Shown here: piece by piece, positions 46,441 to 47,849 of the stretch
How the letters are laid out: every line of letters starts with the position of its first letter
Numbering within the stretch: position 1 is the first letter of the stretch
Assembly (NCBI GenBank): GCA_027366615.1
Contig: DAHXNG010000030.1
Span: 1-47,849, forward strand
Source: Nitrospirota bacterium
GTDB lineage: Bacteria > Nitrospirota > Leptospirillia > Leptospirillales > Leptospirillaceae
Length of the DNA stretch: 47,849 nt
Direction of reading: 5' to 3'
The notes under the pieces: model-generated
Told to the model about the DNA's origin: nothing
The model's input: only the letters and a program-made list of their open reading frames with translations
Databases searched by the model: none
Position numbers and translations under genes: made by a program

Positions 46441-46880
46441 AAGAGCCCCGACAGCTTCTGGGTGACAGAGCGAACACGGTCGGTCCCGGTCGCCTTTTCG
46501 AGACGCTCTCCGTTCCAGATTTCGAAGTTCTGAAGGACACCCACAAACCAGACCTCGTGCTCGAGTCCCGCATATTCCCGGAGAGGAGGCGGAACAAGAA
46601 TGCGCCCCTGCCGGTCAAGTGCCCCATCGGAGGCCCATCCCACCATGAAGCGGAGATAGGTTTTGAGCTCGTCGTTCATCTGTGGAAGGGCCTCCCACTT
46701 CTGTTCGAGCTCACGCCAGACGGCCTCTGGATAGACGACGAGACAGCCTTCGGGGTCGACGGTCATCACAAGGCGAAGCTCCGCCTCTTCCCCCCCCAGG
46801 GACTCCCGGAAGCGCTGGGGAATAGCCACGCGCCCCTTGGCATCCAGACTGTGTAGAAATCGTCCTCTAAAGAATGCCAT
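46437..46880 (-). CDS. mraZ: Division/cell wall cluster transcriptional repressor MraZ
   Basis: Two DxKGR/DxQGR AbrB-like repeats; EIW motif. Confidence 0.96.
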   Translation of the reverse strand: MAFFRGRFLHSLDAKGRVAIPQRFRESLGGEEAELRLVMTVDPEGCLVVYPEAVWRELEQKWEALPQMNDELKTYLRFMVGWASDGALDRQGRILVPPPLREYAGLEHEVWFVGVLQNFEIWNGERLEKATGTDRVRSVTQKLSGLF

Positions 46881-46960
46881 CCACCTTCCCCCACTTTTCC
46901 CCACTAATCACCCCCCAATTATAGTGAGACTAAAATATCTGTCAATCCTTCCCCACTTTT
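46881..46960 (-). promoter_or_regulatory. dcw promoter with MraZ operator repeats
   Basis: TTGACA (46945-46940), 16-nt spacer, TATAAT (46923-46918); three GTGG boxes at exact 10-nt spacing (46904, 46894, 46884), plus AAAAGTGGGG at 46960-46951. Confidence 0.85.
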
Positions 46961-47080
46961 CGACTCTGAATTTTTAAAAGTGCTGACAGGGGAATGGAAA
47001 GCCGGAAAGAGACAGCTTGAAGACCCGGGGCTTCTGTGGGAGAATATGTCAAGGATTCATTTGCCACAAAGGAGAGTGTC

Positions 47081-47317
47081 ATGCCGATCTACGAATATTC
47101 CTGCCATACCTGCGGAAACGTCTTCTCCCTTCTCCAGTCGATCCGGATTGGTCCCGGGGAGACTGCCTGCACGAAATGCCAAGGACTCGACGTGAGAAAG
47201 ATCCCTTCATCCTTTGCCAGTGCGGTGGCAGGGGCCCCCGGCTCAGAATTTGCCCCACCGGCGACATCACCCTCCGGTGGTGGCGGATGTTGCGGTGGCG
47301 GGTGCGGCTGCGGCTAG
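47081..47317 (+). CDS. FmdB family zinc-ribbon protein
   Basis: MPIYEYSCHTCG...CTKC and a Gly/Cys-rich tail (GGGCCGGGCGCG); SD AAGGAG. Confidence 0.9.
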   Translation: MPIYEYSCHTCGNVFSLLQSIRIGPGETACTKCQGLDVRKIPSSFASAVAGAPGSEFAPPATSPSGGGGCCGGGCGCG

Positions 47318-47349
47318 GACCGTTTCACTTTTTCAGGAAAGAAGCCCCG

Positions 47350-47849
47350 ATGCCCCTGCCTTTTAACGCAAAGAAGCTTTTCGGCCTTTTTATGGCAGGC
47401 CTTTTTCTCCTCTCGGCCTGCACCATCCGGACTCACTCCCCGCTGTCATTCAAGCCCCAGGCTCCCACCATCGAGGAGAAGAATGGCATCACCTACATCC
47501 TCCTGCCAATTGAGATCGAGGACAAGGGATCCCGAACACTCCGGATCCATCTTCGGGAGAACATTCTCGACCTGACGGCCAACGACCAGCATTTTCGCCT
47601 CCGCGGCAAGAAGAGCTACCGGTTCATGCTAAAAAATGCCAGCAAGCCCGCGGGACTCCTCTACCCCCCATCCTGGCAGTCCAAGTGGACAGACCACTAC
47701 ATCTCCCACCAGGACTGGGTCGTCCCCGCCATCTCGAAACGGGTCGTTCCCCTTCTCTTTGTTCTCCCGGGCCCCCCCCCCTCTCCAAGAAAGCTGATCC
47801 TCCACCTTTCCTACTCCTATCCCCAGACGGCCACCTACGACGAGCTTCG
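47350..47849 (+). CDS. Putative lipoprotein, truncated by the window edge
   Basis: Frame is open from ATG 47350 to the window end; MPLPFNAKKLFGLFMAGLFLLSAC signal peptide with lipobox. Confidence 0.75.
   Translation, partial: MPLPFNAKKLFGLFMAGLFLLSACTIRTHSPLSFKPQAPTIEEKNGITYILLPIEIEDKGSRTLRIHLRENILDLTANDQHFRLRGKKSYRFMLKNASKPAGLLYPPSWQSKWTDHYISHQDWVVPAISKRVVPLLFVLPGPPPSPRKLILHLSYSYPQTATYDEL

Noticed and set aside
1..47849. CRISPR arrays, IS elements, prophage, toxin-antitoxin or defence systems
   Set aside because: No regularly spaced repeats, and no transposase, integrase, nuclease or phage motifs; nearly all the sequence is explained by core genes and short spacers.

Overview
A gene-dense, GC-rich bacterial chromosome segment made almost entirely of core housekeeping genes, mostly on the minus strand. 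Gene order and protein style suggest a Leptospirillum-like member of Nitrospirota (inference only). Reading right to left on the minus strand: a complete dcw cluster (mraZ-rsmH-ftsL-ftsI-murE-murF-mraY-murD-ftsW-murG-murC-murB-ddl-ftsQ-ftsA-ftsZ) that continues into pgeF-yggS-proC-yggT-divIVA-DUF167; glk-pgl (+ strand); hpnH with a metallophosphoesterase; hemG/hemY (+ strand); tig-clpP-clpX; a lipoprotein-pgsA-like-DUF512 radical SAM-ispE-tRNA-Gln-prs-rplY-pth-ychF-rpsF-ssb-rpsR-DUF2232-rlpA run followed by two small genes; and rimO-PA0069 radical SAM-EamA. I found no CRISPR array, mobile element, prophage, defence system or clearly novel multi-gene system. The most interesting signals are small-scale: yggT apparently starting at a non-canonical ATT codon; a DUF4177-like gene missed by the ORF track; a very basic 67-aa orphan downstream of the S6/S18 genes, with rplI absent; a probable homopolymer read-through in DUF2232; a doubled FtsZ C-terminal motif; a His-tailed, diverged trigger factor; two 5' leaders with mutually exclusive pairings; and a sigma70 promoter embedded in ispE. 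All family calls come from motif recognition, not database searches. Several start codons were moved from the ORF track using Shine-Dalgarno (SD) position and expected protein length.
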